Of a stretch of 64,000 nucleotides of DNA, positions 51,820-61,120 are shown piece by piece. Position numbers and translations under genes: made by a program. Numbering within the stretch: the stretch's first letter is position 1; every line of letters begins with the position of its first letter. This DNA is from an uncultured Granulicella sp. (GTDB lineage: Bacteria; Acidobacteriota; Terriglobia; Terriglobales; Acidobacteriaceae), in the NCBI GenBank assembly GCA_965213835.1, contig OZ243923.1, forward strand, positions 1,845,518 to 1,909,517, given 5' to 3'. Below the pieces are notes generated by a model. It ran no database searches. It was given only the letters and a program-made list of their open reading frames with translations, and was not told the origin of the DNA.

Positions 51820-52878
51820 ATGTCGCAGACTCCCAGACCCGAACTTCAGATCGACATCCCCGCATGGCTTCGCGGCCTGCCGAAGGCCGAGCTCCACCTG
51901 CACCTCGAAGGCACCGTTACGCCCGAAACCCTGGTCGAACTTTCCAACCGACATGACACCGCCCCGCTTAGGCTCGAACAGGCTCGCCAAGTCTATGTCT
52001 ATGCCGATTTCCAGGCTTTCCTCATGGCCTTCAAAGCCGTCTCCGAACGCCTGCGCACCCCCGAAGATTTCGCCCTGATCACCACGCGCATGATCCACGC
52101 GCTCGCCGCCCAGGGCATCGTGCATGCGGAGGTGTATATCTCCTGGGGCATCCTGCTTCGCTTCAAGCCGGAGCTCTCCATCCCCGCCGTCATGGACGCC
52201 GTCGAGCAAGCCCGCACCGAGGCCGAGCGCGCCACCGGAACCTCCGTCCTGTGGATTATCGATGCTGTCCGACACTTCGGTCTGGAAGAAGCCGCGCAGG
52301 TCTTCAGCCTGGCGGCCCAGCTCAAGGCGATCTACCCCAGCATCATCGGCATCGGCATTGGCGGCGATGAAGCGCGCGGTCCCGCCGAACCCTTTCGCGA
52401 GCTCTACGCCGAAGCCAAAGCCGCCGGGCTCCACCTCACCGTGCACGCCGGCGAATCCACCGGCCCGGTCCACGGCCCGGCGAGCATCTGGTCCGCGCTC
52501 AACATCGGCGCCGAACGCATCGGCCACGCACTCGCCGCACAGCACGACGCCGACCTGCTCCGCATTCTTGCCGAGCGGCAGATCCCCGTCGAGCTCAACG
52601 TCACCTCCAACATCCGCACCGGATGCTGCTCCGCGCTCGACCAGCATCCGGTCCGCGAATACTTCGAAGGCGGCCTGTTCCTGACGCTCAACTCCGACGA
52701 CCCACCCATGTTCGGCTCGGACCTGCTCAACGAGTACATCCTGGTCCAGCGAGAGTTCTCCTTCTCGCTCGAGGAGATGCGCGAGTTCGCCGCCAACTCC
52801 ATCGAGGCAAGTTTTCTGCCTCCCGAGCGCAAGCTGAAGCTCATCGCCGACGTGGAACAGTACGAAGGACCGGGTTAG
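51820..52878 (+). CDS. add: Adenosine/adenine deaminase
   Basis: ELHLHLEG, HAGE, RIGH, NSDDP; start MSQTP after gaaagg. Confidence 0.9.
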   Translation: MSQTPRPELQIDIPAWLRGLPKAELHLHLEGTVTPETLVELSNRHDTAPLRLEQARQVYVYADFQAFLMAFKAVSERLRTPEDFALITTRMIHALAAQGIVHAEVYISWGILLRFKPELSIPAVMDAVEQARTEAERATGTSVLWIIDAVRHFGLEEAAQVFSLAAQLKAIYPSIIGIGIGGDEARGPAEPFRELYAEAKAAGLHLTVHAGESTGPVHGPASIWSALNIGAERIGHALAAQHDADLLRILAERQIPVELNVTSNIRTGCCSALDQHPVREYFEGGLFLTLNSDDPPMFGSDLLNEYILVQREFSFSLEEMREFAANSIEASFLPPERKLKLIADVEQYEGPG

Positions 52879-52936
52879 AGCGGGTTGCACCATTTCCGGT
52901 GCCACGGTCACGGTTTCCTGCCCACGTTTGCGCAAC

Positions 52937-52984
52937 AAAAAACCGCGATCAAGTCCGTTCCTCACGGCCACGATCGCGGCTTTC
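52937..52984. terminator. Bidirectional terminator-like hairpin
   Basis: aaaaaa-ccgcgatc...gatcgcgg-ctttc between convergent add and M61 genes. Confidence 0.55.
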
Positions 52985-52998
52985 TCCTGCAGCCCGGG

Positions 52999-54927
52999 TT
53001 ACTGAGCCGCCGGCCTCGGCACCAGCGGTTTGGTGATCTCGTCCATCAAGTCCGGCGTGCCGTCCACCCGCTTCAGCATGGGGTAGCGCTGGCCTTCGTG
53101 CCAGTCCAGGATCACCTCCGCGACATCCGATTCCATCTGCACGATCAGCCGGATCGGCTTGTCGTTGCCTTTGGAATCGTCGATGGCCTGCCGCACGGCA
53201 TCGGCTGAAAACGAATTGCCATTGACTCCCAGAATCCTGTACCCCGGCCCGAGCTTTGCCTTGTCGGCCGGTCCATTCCACCGTACATCGGTCACGGTGC
53301 CATCGGCCGAAACCCGGAAACCCAGTGAATACCACACATTGAGCCCGCTCGACCGCCGCGAGCCCGCCGCGGCCAGCATGCGCTCACTCACATTCGGCGT
53401 CTCGGTGTAAACCAGCTCATAGCCGCCGCGCTTGATGCCATCCAGATCGGTATGCTGTGTCGGCACGTCGATGTGCTCATGCAGGAAGGTGGCCCAGTCG
53501 TATTTGACCACATCGTTCAAATCGCGGATCAGTTCCTTGCGGTCGTAGGTCACGATCAGCGGACCTGTATCGCCGCCTTTGCCGAGAAAGATGCGCTGGA
53601 AGTCCGTCAGCGATTTCTGCCCATTGGTCAGCGTGCGGATCAGCGTATCGGCATCCAGCCACAGCAACTCGCCTTCCTGGTAATACGCCTGCCCGCGCTC
53701 CCAGTTGCCCCAAAGCAGAGGGTGCCGGTCGATCGAGCTCGCGATCGCCGTGTCCTCGGTCGAACGCCAGTAGCGTCCCGGCTCGTTGTCCAGCGATGCC
53801 GCCGACAGCGCCAGCATGTCGCGGTACTGCGCCTGGTTCTTCAACCCGGAACGCGCCGCCAGCACATTGCCCATGTACTGCGTCATGCCTTCATACACCC
53901 AAAGCAACTGACCCTGCTGCGGCGTGGCGAAGTCCGGCTCGTACAGCTTGTCCGGCCGGCGATATTTGCCGTTCCAGCTATGGGTAAACTCATGCGCCAG
54001 CAGGTCGGAGTCGCCCAGCTGCCCGGCCTGGGAAACAAACGCCTTCTCGCCCACGCCGTTGTCGGACGACTGCCCATGCTCAAGGCCCTCGCCGCCCGCG
54101 ATGTCGGAAAGAGTCAGGAGAAAGTGGTAGCTGTTGTAGTGATGGCTTGCGTACGCCGTTCCCGCCTCCCGCACCAGGTTCGAAATCTCTTCCAGGAGCT
54201 GCGGACGCAGATCGCTGTCCCCGGGCAGGTCGCTTGCAACATCGATGTAGTGCTTCGGCGTCACCTCCGGCGCGAGCGGAAACTCCCGCAGATATTTGCC
54301 AGCCAGCACCGGGCTGTCTTCGAGTTGCTCCACATCGGTGACCGCGTAGTGTGTCGTCACAGCCCCGTCGGTGGGATGGTGATCGTCCTCGAGCACCCCC
54401 GTGACCGGAGGCGGCGCGCCTGTGCCAGTCGGCGTCAGCGCCGTGCCGATCGCCCATCCCGCAGGCACGGTCACGCTGGGCTGAATCGCAATCTGCTTCA
54501 CCGGGATGTGCGCCGGGTACAGCATCAGGCGCTCCCATTCCAGGCATGCCATCTCCCGGCTTACGCGCGAGTTGACCAGCGCGTCCACATGGGCGTGCAC
54601 GCTCAGCACCCCGGCCGGAACCTCCAGGTGAAACTCGTACAGGTTCACGTCGTCGCGACGCCACTGCAGCGTCTGGCCGTTCGCGGTAAAAACCACGCCG
54701 GTAATCGAAGCCGCCGGACCGTTCGGCGCATGGTCGCCCGGAATCCACTGCGGGCTGATAAACGTGACCGCCCCCGGTTTCACGGGCAGGTCGATCTCCG
54801 CATGGAACAGGTGCCGCGGCGCCTCGGAAAGATCCGCGGTAATCATGATCGGCGTCTTCTGTGCCGAAGCAAACGGAAGTACGGCAATGGCAAACAGGGC
54901 AGCGGGCAGCGTTCTCAGGATGGGCAA
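52999..54927 (-). CDS. Secreted M61 family metallopeptidase with C-terminal PDZ
   Basis: WIPG, GGEGLEH..S, HEFTHSWNGKYRRP, LWVYEG; PDZ-like GPADKAKLGPG. Confidence 0.88.
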   Translation of the reverse strand: MPILRTLPAALFAIAVLPFASAQKTPIMITADLSEAPRHLFHAEIDLPVKPGAVTFISPQWIPGDHAPNGPAASITGVVFTANGQTLQWRRDDVNLYEFHLEVPAGVLSVHAHVDALVNSRVSREMACLEWERLMLYPAHIPVKQIAIQPSVTVPAGWAIGTALTPTGTGAPPPVTGVLEDDHHPTDGAVTTHYAVTDVEQLEDSPVLAGKYLREFPLAPEVTPKHYIDVASDLPGDSDLRPQLLEEISNLVREAGTAYASHHYNSYHFLLTLSDIAGGEGLEHGQSSDNGVGEKAFVSQAGQLGDSDLLAHEFTHSWNGKYRRPDKLYEPDFATPQQGQLLWVYEGMTQYMGNVLAARSGLKNQAQYRDMLALSAASLDNEPGRYWRSTEDTAIASSIDRHPLLWGNWERGQAYYQEGELLWLDADTLIRTLTNGQKSLTDFQRIFLGKGGDTGPLIVTYDRKELIRDLNDVVKYDWATFLHEHIDVPTQHTDLDGIKRGGYELVYTETPNVSERMLAAAGSRRSSGLNVWYSLGFRVSADGTVTDVRWNGPADKAKLGPGYRILGVNGNSFSADAVRQAIDDSKGNDKPIRLIVQMESDVAEVILDWHEGQRYPMLKRVDGTPDLMDEITKPLVPRPAAQ

Positions 54928-54978
54928 GCAGTTCCTTTCATCGTTGGCGCGTGGGGAAAAACGACAGGGACGGACAAA

Positions 54979-55548
54979 TCAGGCGTGCGGATTTTCACCG
55001 GCAAGCGGAGGCAGTTCCCGCTCAATGGCGTCGACGATCACCCGGTCGGTCGGCAGTGTATCCGGCGAAAACCGCGCCACGACCTGCCCACGGCGGTTCA
55101 CCAGGAACTTCTCGAAGTTCCATGTAAGCTCCGGCACGTCGAGCACCGTAAGCCCGTAGCCGCGCAGCTTGTCCTTGAAGCCCGGGTCCGCGATGCACGC
55201 TACCGGCTGCGCCTCGGTCAGCGCGGCATAAAGCGGGTTCTTGCCTTCGCCTGTAACCACCACCTTCTCGAACATCGGAAAGTCCACGCTATAGGTCAGT
55301 GAGCAGAACTTGTGGATCTCCTGGCTGGTTCCCGGCTCCTGCCCGCCGAAGTCGTTGGCGGGAAAGCCTAGCACCTCGAACCCGCAGTGCTTGTACGTGG
55401 AGTACAGCTTTTCCAGCCCTTCATACTGCGGGGTCAGCCCGCACTGGCTTGCCACGTTCACGATCAGCAGGACGTGGCCCTGGTACGGTGCCAGCGTTGT
55501 CTCCTCGCCAGCGAGAGTTTTGAGCGGAACATCGAACAGGGTAGGCAT
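54979..55548 (-). CDS. Glutathione peroxidase family protein (Cys type)
   Basis: NVASQCGLTPQY, GFPANDFGGQEPG, WNFEKFLV. Confidence 0.92.
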   Translation of the reverse strand: MPTLFDVPLKTLAGEETTLAPYQGHVLLIVNVASQCGLTPQYEGLEKLYSTYKHCGFEVLGFPANDFGGQEPGTSQEIHKFCSLTYSVDFPMFEKVVVTGEGKNPLYAALTEAQPVACIADPGFKDKLRGYGLTVLDVPELTWNFEKFLVNRRGQVVARFSPDTLPTDRVIVDAIERELPPLAGENPHA

Positions 55549-55675
55549 GTTGAAAGCCTACAAGACTCTCGCGCCGAACTCCAGCATCCTTTGTGTCCGG
55601 CGCCAGCACCCCTGTTCCAGCCGCCAAGAATCCCGAGTGAGTTTGCATTTGACAGGCGTAGTATTAGTTCTTGCC

Positions 55676-57541
55676 ATGGCAATTCAGGACAGGATCTTTG
55701 GAAAGCCGCTCGCCACGAGCGACGAACGTGGGGAACGTGTCGGCATAGCCGCCGGCATCCCGATCTTTGGGCTCGATGCACTGACCAGCGCGGCATACGG
55801 ACCGGAACAGGCACTCTACGTCCTGATCCCGCTCGGCCTCTTCGGCATACGGTATCTGCTTCCCATCATCACCGCAATCCTGATCCTCCTGGTCATCGTC
55901 TTCTTCTCGTACCGGCAAACCATCGCGGCCTACCCGACCGGGGGAGGAAGCTACACGGTTGCCACCGAAAACCTGGGAAATCGCGCCGGCCTGCTCGCCG
56001 CCGCCGCGCTGATTATCGACTACATCCTGACCGCGGCCGTAGGGGTCTCGGGCGGAGTCACCGCGGTCACCAGCGCGATTCCCTCGCTGGCGCCGCACAC
56101 GCTCGGTCTCTGCCTGTTGATTCTGGCCATCATCGCCACGATCAACCTGCGCGGGGTCAAAGACACCGGTACCGCCTTCATCGTGCCGACGTTCCTCTTC
56201 ATCGGGACCCTGGTGGCGCTGGTGATCGTCGGCGTCTACAAAGTTCACGCCGCGGGAGGACATCCGCTGCCGGCGTCACCCTTGCCTCACGGCTACCCGC
56301 AGGTGGTCAGTTCGCTCGGCGTCATCATGCTGCTGAAAGCCTTCTCCTCCGGATGCGCCGCGATGACCGGGGTCGAAGCTGTTTCAAACGGCGTGATGGC
56401 CTTCAAAGAGCCGCGCGCGCGCAAAGCACAGATTACCTTGTCGGTCATCGTCGTCATCCTGATCACGCTGCTCTACGGCACCGCATGGCTCGCCACCCGG
56501 TACCAGATCATGGCCATGGAGCCGAACGAAACCGGCTACCAGAGCCTGCTCTCGCTCATCGTTGTCGCGGTCTTTGGCCGTGGATGGTTCTACTTCGTCA
56601 CCATGGGCAGCGTCTTCCTCGCGCTCGCACTTTCCGCCAACACGGCCTTCGCCGACTTCCCCCGTCTCACCCGCGCTATCGCCATGCAGGACTACCTTCC
56701 GCATGTCTTTATCCTGCGCGGCCGCCGGCTCCTGTTCTCGCACGGCATCTACGCGCTGACCGGCTTTACCGCGATCATTCTCATCATCTTCGGCGGCGTC
56801 ACCGACCGGCTGATCCCGCTTTATGCCATCGGTGCCTTCCTTGCCTTTACGCTTTCGCAGGCCGGCATGGTCGTACATTGGCGCAAGGAAGGCAGAGGGC
56901 ACGCCTTTCACATGTTCGTCAACGGCTTCGGCGCGCTGGCCACGGGACTCACCACGGTGGTCGTGCTGGTGTCGAAGTTCACCTCCGGTGCCTGGGTCAC
57001 GGCCATCCTGATTCCCTTGCTTATCCTCGTGATGTACCTGGTAAAGAAGCACTACACCCGGGTGCACAGCGAGATGAAAGACATGAAGCCGCTCAACCTG
57101 ATCAACCTTGAGCAGCCCATCGTCGTCATCCCCATGAACGGATGGAACCGCATCACGGAAAAGGCCATGCGCTTCGGCCTTCTGCTTTCGACCGACGTCA
57201 AGGTGGTCCACGTGCACTCGGAAGATGAAGGCGAACATGGGCTCGAAGAAGAATGGGAGACCAAGATCATGATTCCCATTCGGGCCAGCAACATGTCCGA
57301 GCCGGAGCTGGTCACGATAGCCTCCAGCTATCGTTTTATCATCGCGCCGCTGATGGACTACATCCTGCGGCTTGAAACTGAAAACCCCGGACGCAAGGTC
57401 GCCGTGCTGCTTCCGGAACTGGTTGTCCGGCACTGGTGGGAAAACCTGCTGCACAACCAGCGCGTGCAGCTGCTGAAACTTCTTCTGCTTGTCCGCGGCA
57501 ATCAGCGCATCGTCGTCGTCAATATTCCCTGGTACCTGTAA
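55676..57541 (+). CDS. APC-family transporter, KimA/YdaO-like
   Basis: DALTSAAYGPEQ, AYPTGGGSY, AMTGVEAVSNG, LIPLYAIG, WWENLLHNQ cytoplasmic domain; start MAIQD. Confidence 0.82.
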   Translation: MAIQDRIFGKPLATSDERGERVGIAAGIPIFGLDALTSAAYGPEQALYVLIPLGLFGIRYLLPIITAILILLVIVFFSYRQTIAAYPTGGGSYTVATENLGNRAGLLAAAALIIDYILTAAVGVSGGVTAVTSAIPSLAPHTLGLCLLILAIIATINLRGVKDTGTAFIVPTFLFIGTLVALVIVGVYKVHAAGGHPLPASPLPHGYPQVVSSLGVIMLLKAFSSGCAAMTGVEAVSNGVMAFKEPRARKAQITLSVIVVILITLLYGTAWLATRYQIMAMEPNETGYQSLLSLIVVAVFGRGWFYFVTMGSVFLALALSANTAFADFPRLTRAIAMQDYLPHVFILRGRRLLFSHGIYALTGFTAIILIIFGGVTDRLIPLYAIGAFLAFTLSQAGMVVHWRKEGRGHAFHMFVNGFGALATGLTTVVVLVSKFTSGAWVTAILIPLLILVMYLVKKHYTRVHSEMKDMKPLNLINLEQPIVVIPMNGWNRITEKAMRFGLLLSTDVKVVHVHSEDEGEHGLEEEWETKIMIPIRASNMSEPELVTIASSYRFIIAPLMDYILRLETENPGRKVAVLLPELVVRHWWENLLHNQRVQLLKLLLLVRGNQRIVVVNIPWYL

Positions 57542-57550
57542 GGATCGCGC

Positions 57551-58153
57551 ATGCCGTTCGCGAGGCCGAAAAAGCGCGATCCCGCCGGTGAAGCGGAGCT
57601 GTTCGAATACGCCGTCGGCGCGCTCAGCCGGCGCATGCGGACCGTGCGCGATCTGCGCCGGCTCATGAAACCGCGTGCCTTTGATGGAGAAGCCGGCGAG
57701 CGCGACATGGACCGCGTTGTCGAGCGGCTGATCGAGCTGAAATACCTGTCCGACCAGCGATTCGCCCAGGACTACACCCGTCTACGGAAAGAAAATCAAG
57801 GATTTGGCCAGCGTCGCGTCGCGCAGGATCTCGCCGTCAAGGGCGTGGGCAAAGAGCTCGCCGCAGCCACGCTCGCTGCCGCCTACGAGGACACCGACGA
57901 GGTCGCCATGGCACGAGCGTACTGCGAACGAAAGCGGATACAGCCGCCCGCCGGGGCAGATGCACAGAAACAAAGCACCCGCATCCTGAATCGCCTCATG
58001 CGCGCCGGCTACTCCTCGTCCGCCATCTTCAAGTTGCTGCGCGGATGGAAGGTCGAGCTGACTGAAGGCCAGGACTCCGACAGCTATGCCGAACCCGCTG
58101 TACCAGCCGCGGAGCCCGAACCCGGCGATCCATACGACCTTCCGGAGTTCTGA
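57551..58153 (+). CDS. recX: RecX family regulatory protein
   Basis: A..LS.R.RT..DL, L.ELKYLSD.RFA, G..R..QDL..KG, L.RAGYS. Confidence 0.8.
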   Translation: MPFARPKKRDPAGEAELFEYAVGALSRRMRTVRDLRRLMKPRAFDGEAGERDMDRVVERLIELKYLSDQRFAQDYTRLRKENQGFGQRRVAQDLAVKGVGKELAAATLAAAYEDTDEVAMARAYCERKRIQPPAGADAQKQSTRILNRLMRAGYSSSAIFKLLRGWKVELTEGQDSDSYAEPAVPAAEPEPGDPYDLPEF

Positions 58154-58213
58154 AGAGCAAACAAACGGCCCACCCCCTCGCAGGAATGGACCGTTTCCTC
58201 GCTGCGATCGGCT

Positions 58214-60073
58214 CTATTGTTCGAACGGAACGCTGGCTCCCCACAGGATCGTCGAGCTGGTGGGACCGTTTGCCCCCCACAGGATCGTCGAACTGCTGGT
58301 CCCGGACGCACCCCAAAGGATTGTTGCCGCGGCTGGCGTCCCCGCGCCCCACAGGATGGTGGAACTGTTCAGTGCGGAAAATCCGGAAGGATCGCTTGCG
58401 CCCCAAAGGATGGTCGCACCCCACAGGATCGTCTGCCCGTTGACCGAGCCGACCACCGCGTTCTGCCCATAGACTGCGCCGGCACCCCAGAGAATTGTCG
58501 CCCCCCACAGAATGGTCGAGTCGCCCACCAGCGTCGTCTGCCCGGTCTGCGCGTTGTAGACCGCCACCGGACTCATCGCCGTACCTACCGGGTAACTCTT
58601 GAGAGCGGTCTTGGAAACGTCGGAAATGGTGTTGCCGATGTCCAGGTAGCCCGCGCCGATGGTGAACACGTCATAGTTCGCCTTGTACACGTTGCCGCTC
58701 GCGGGATCGGTCACGCTGGAGGTCAGCGGGAACGTCGTCTTGTTCGCATCCCGCATCAGAAACGCCTTGGTCTGGTCCGGCGTCAGCGCCGGAAAGGCCT
58801 GTAGCATCAGCGCCACTGCCCCGCTGGTCACGCCCGCGGCCATGCTGGTGCCGCTCAGTGGAAAGTAGTTCGGGCTCGCCTGGGAGTTGCCGTTGACCAC
58901 GTAAAACGCATTCTGCGTGATGAAGCTGGGATTGTTGACCGCGAGCGGATCGTTGGCAAACTTGAGGCTCGTGACCAGGTTGCCCGGCGCGACGATATCC
59001 GGCTTGCTGATATTGTCGATAAAGCTCGGCCCCTTGGAGCTGTAGGAGGCGATCTGATCGTCGTTGATCGCAGCCGTACCCATGGTCTTCATCGCGCCCA
59101 CGGTCAGCACGTACGGATCGTTGCCCGGAGCCTCGATCGTGCCGTAGCCTTCGGCGTTCATGTTCAGGTCGCGCCCGGCGTTGCCCGCCGCCGCCACCAC
59201 CACGATGCCCGCCTTCCATGCCTGCTCCGCCGCCTGGCACAGCGGGTCCTGCTGATACGACTCCCAGATCGGACGGCCAAGCGACAGGTTAATCACGCGG
59301 ATGTTGTACTGCTTCTTCAGCGCAATCGCCTGCTCGATGGCCGCGATTACCGCCGAATCCGTGCCGTTGCCGTTCCCATCCAGCACCCGCAGGTTCAGCA
59401 GGTTTGCGTTTGGAGCGACTCCGGAGAAGGTCCGGCTGTACCCATATCCGGACGAATCCGCGCCATTGCCCGCGATCAGCCCCGCCACATGTGTTCCGTG
59501 GCCGAACGCGTCGGCCGTCGTCGTGTCGCCCGGCACAAAGCTCTGGTTGTAGACCACGCGGCTCAATCCGTACGGGCGCCTCAGGTATCGGCCGTACGGC
59601 GGGCCAAGGTCGTCGACCGTGTTGATGCCGCTGTCGATTACGGCCACGCCTACGCCCGTGCCATCGATCCCGGCGTTCCAAACGGGCGCGGCGTTGATCG
59701 GCTCGGTCGTATACTCCGCCGCCGTGACAGTGACCTGCTGGCGCGCCGCCAGCGAGTGGTCGAGCGACACATGCGCAATGTTTGCGTCCGCGGCAAGCGC
59801 CAGCAGCGCGCCGGCCGGCACATGCGCAACGCTGGATCGGATGGAGTGCAGGTGCCTGTGCAGCACGCCGCCCAGGCTGCTCAACCGTTGGTCCTGCACG
59901 CCGCCAGGATCCTGGACATACTGGATAATCACGGGCACGGGCCTGGACGGATCGGCCGCGGCGAGATCGGCGGAAAGCTTGCTCTTCGGCCCGCCGGGGA
60001 ACTGCGCAAGCGCAGCGGCGGGCAGCAGGGAACACATCAGGACGGCAGCAATACGGAACGGGGGAGCATTCAT
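58214..60073 (-). CDS. Secreted S8 (subtilisin) serine protease with C-terminal TILWGA repeats
   Basis: Signal ALA|Q, prodomain, VAVIDSG (D), GHGTHVAG (H), AAGN (oxyanion), GTSMAAG (S). Confidence 0.92.
   Translation of the reverse strand: MNAPPFRIAAVLMCSLLPAAALAQFPGGPKSKLSADLAAADPSRPVPVIIQYVQDPGGVQDQRLSSLGGVLHRHLHSIRSSVAHVPAGALLALAADANIAHVSLDHSLAARQQVTVTAAEYTTEPINAAPVWNAGIDGTGVGVAVIDSGINTVDDLGPPYGRYLRRPYGLSRVVYNQSFVPGDTTTADAFGHGTHVAGLIAGNGADSSGYGYSRTFSGVAPNANLLNLRVLDGNGNGTDSAVIAAIEQAIALKKQYNIRVINLSLGRPIWESYQQDPLCQAAEQAWKAGIVVVAAAGNAGRDLNMNAEGYGTIEAPGNDPYVLTVGAMKTMGTAAINDDQIASYSSKGPSFIDNISKPDIVAPGNLVTSLKFANDPLAVNNPSFITQNAFYVVNGNSQASPNYFPLSGTSMAAGVTSGAVALMLQAFPALTPDQTKAFLMRDANKTTFPLTSSVTDPASGNVYKANYDVFTIGAGYLDIGNTISDVSKTALKSYPVGTAMSPVAVYNAQTGQTTLVGDSTILWGATILWGAGAVYGQNAVVGSVNGQTILWGATILWGASDPSGFSALNSSTILWGAGTPAAATILWGASGTSSSTILWGANGPTSSTILWGASVPFEQ
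58235..58516 (-). repeat. Eight TILWGA hexapeptide repeats
   Basis: Identical at protein level with synonymous codon variation; spacers of 0 to about 17 aa. Confidence 0.95.
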
Positions 60074-60242
60074 GATTAACCTCTGGAGATGAACTGCCTA
60101 CCTCATCGGTGCGGGCCCGGGGTCGTTCGCCGTCTTCTGCTTCCCTGTTGCAAAGCCGCCTGCCCGGACGTGGCAGGAGCGGCAGCTCTGAACTCGGGTC
60201 TGGAGACGGATCGTTCTTCAGTCCGGGTCTGAGACTATCGGG

Positions 60243-60255
60243 AAGTGCCGCACTT
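60243..60255. promoter_or_regulatory. Perfect 6-1-6 palindrome, candidate operator upstream of the S8 gene
   Basis: aagtgc-c-gcactt in the 231-bp intergenic region. Confidence 0.35.
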
Positions 60256-60304
60256 TGTCCTTCCCTAAAAGTTGTAATCGGGGTAACCACCGTGGGACAC
60301 CCGT

Positions 60305-61120
60305 CTACTCGAAAGCGGCATCGTGAAGACGCCTCACCTGACCCGGCTTAACCGGCAGCGCACGCAGCAGCGCGTCGAGCGCCGGCGTGTGCCCCCGGGC
60401 ATCGCTCAGCGAGCCCACGGCCACCTGTTCCACCAGCCGGCCACTGTCCAGCACCGCAAGCTCATCACACAGCTGCAGCACGGAAAGCAGGTCGTGCGAG
60501 ATATACAGGAGCGCGGCCCCGGTAGAGCCGCACATCCGGCTCAGCAAGAGAAGCAGCTCCGCCTGCGTCACCGGGTCGAGCGCGCTGGTGGGCTCATCGG
60601 CGATCAACACCGCCGGCCGGTGCAGAAGCGCCAGCGCGACCAGCACACGCTGCGCCTGCCCCACGCTGATCGCCCCGGGACGCCGCGCCAGGAACTCGGG
60701 ATCCTCCGGCAGCCGAAGCTCCGGCAAAAGCTCTCGCAGCCGTGCCTCCAACGCCGCCGAACCTCCCGCGTCGTGCGCCTTCCAGCTTTCGAGAAAATGC
60801 GCTCGCAGCGAAACCGCCCCGTTCAACGCCGACATCGGGCTTTGCGGCACCAGTGCGATCCTGCGTCCGCGCACGGTGCGTGCCTCCCGCTCCGGCATCC
60901 GCAGCAGGTCCGTGCCTTCCAGCAGCACCTGTCCCCTCGCCCACCCGCCCCGCCAGCCCAGCAGCCCCAGCAGCGCCAGCGCCAGCGTACTCTTGCCGGC
61001 ACCGCTGGACCCCACAAAGCCGAGCGCCTGCCCGGCCCGGAGCTCGAATCGGACCTCATCGAGCACGGTGCGCACGCCATACCCGGCGGAAAGCGCAACC
61101 TGCAGCGGAGCCACGCTCAC
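60305..61120 (-). CDS. Peptide/nickel-family ABC transporter ATP-binding protein
   Basis: GSSGAGKS, ISVGQAQRV, LIADEPTSALD, ISHD; GTG start overlaps the SBP stop (GTGA). Confidence 0.9.
   Translation of the reverse strand: MSVAPLQVALSAGYGVRTVLDEVRFELRAGQALGFVGSSGAGKSTLALALLGLLGWRGGWARGQVLLEGTDLLRMPEREARTVRGRRIALVPQSPMSALNGAVSLRAHFLESWKAHDAGGSAALEARLRELLPELRLPEDPEFLARRPGAISVGQAQRVLVALALLHRPAVLIADEPTSALDPVTQAELLLLLSRMCGSTGAALLYISHDLLSVLQLCDELAVLDSGRLVEQVAVGSLSDARGHTPALDALLRALPVKPGQVRRLHDAAFE

Noticed and set aside
54979-55548. Selenocysteine in the glutathione peroxidase
   Set aside because: The active-site codon is TGC (Cys) and there is no in-frame TGA
55649-55675. TTGACA upstream of the KimA-like gene as a sigma-70 promoter
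   Set aside because: No -10 hexamer at 16-18 bp spacing
58235-58516. Repeated ccccacaggat-like DNA as a possible CRISPR array
   Set aside because: Repeats are 18 bp, vary at synonymous positions, have irregular spacers and lie in a CDS; no cas genes in the window
60074-60304. c-di-GMP-I or -II riboswitch upstream of the S8 gene
   Set aside because: GGCACUU and UGCAAC fragments occur, but the overall consensus order and spacing are absent; kept only as an unclassified structured leader
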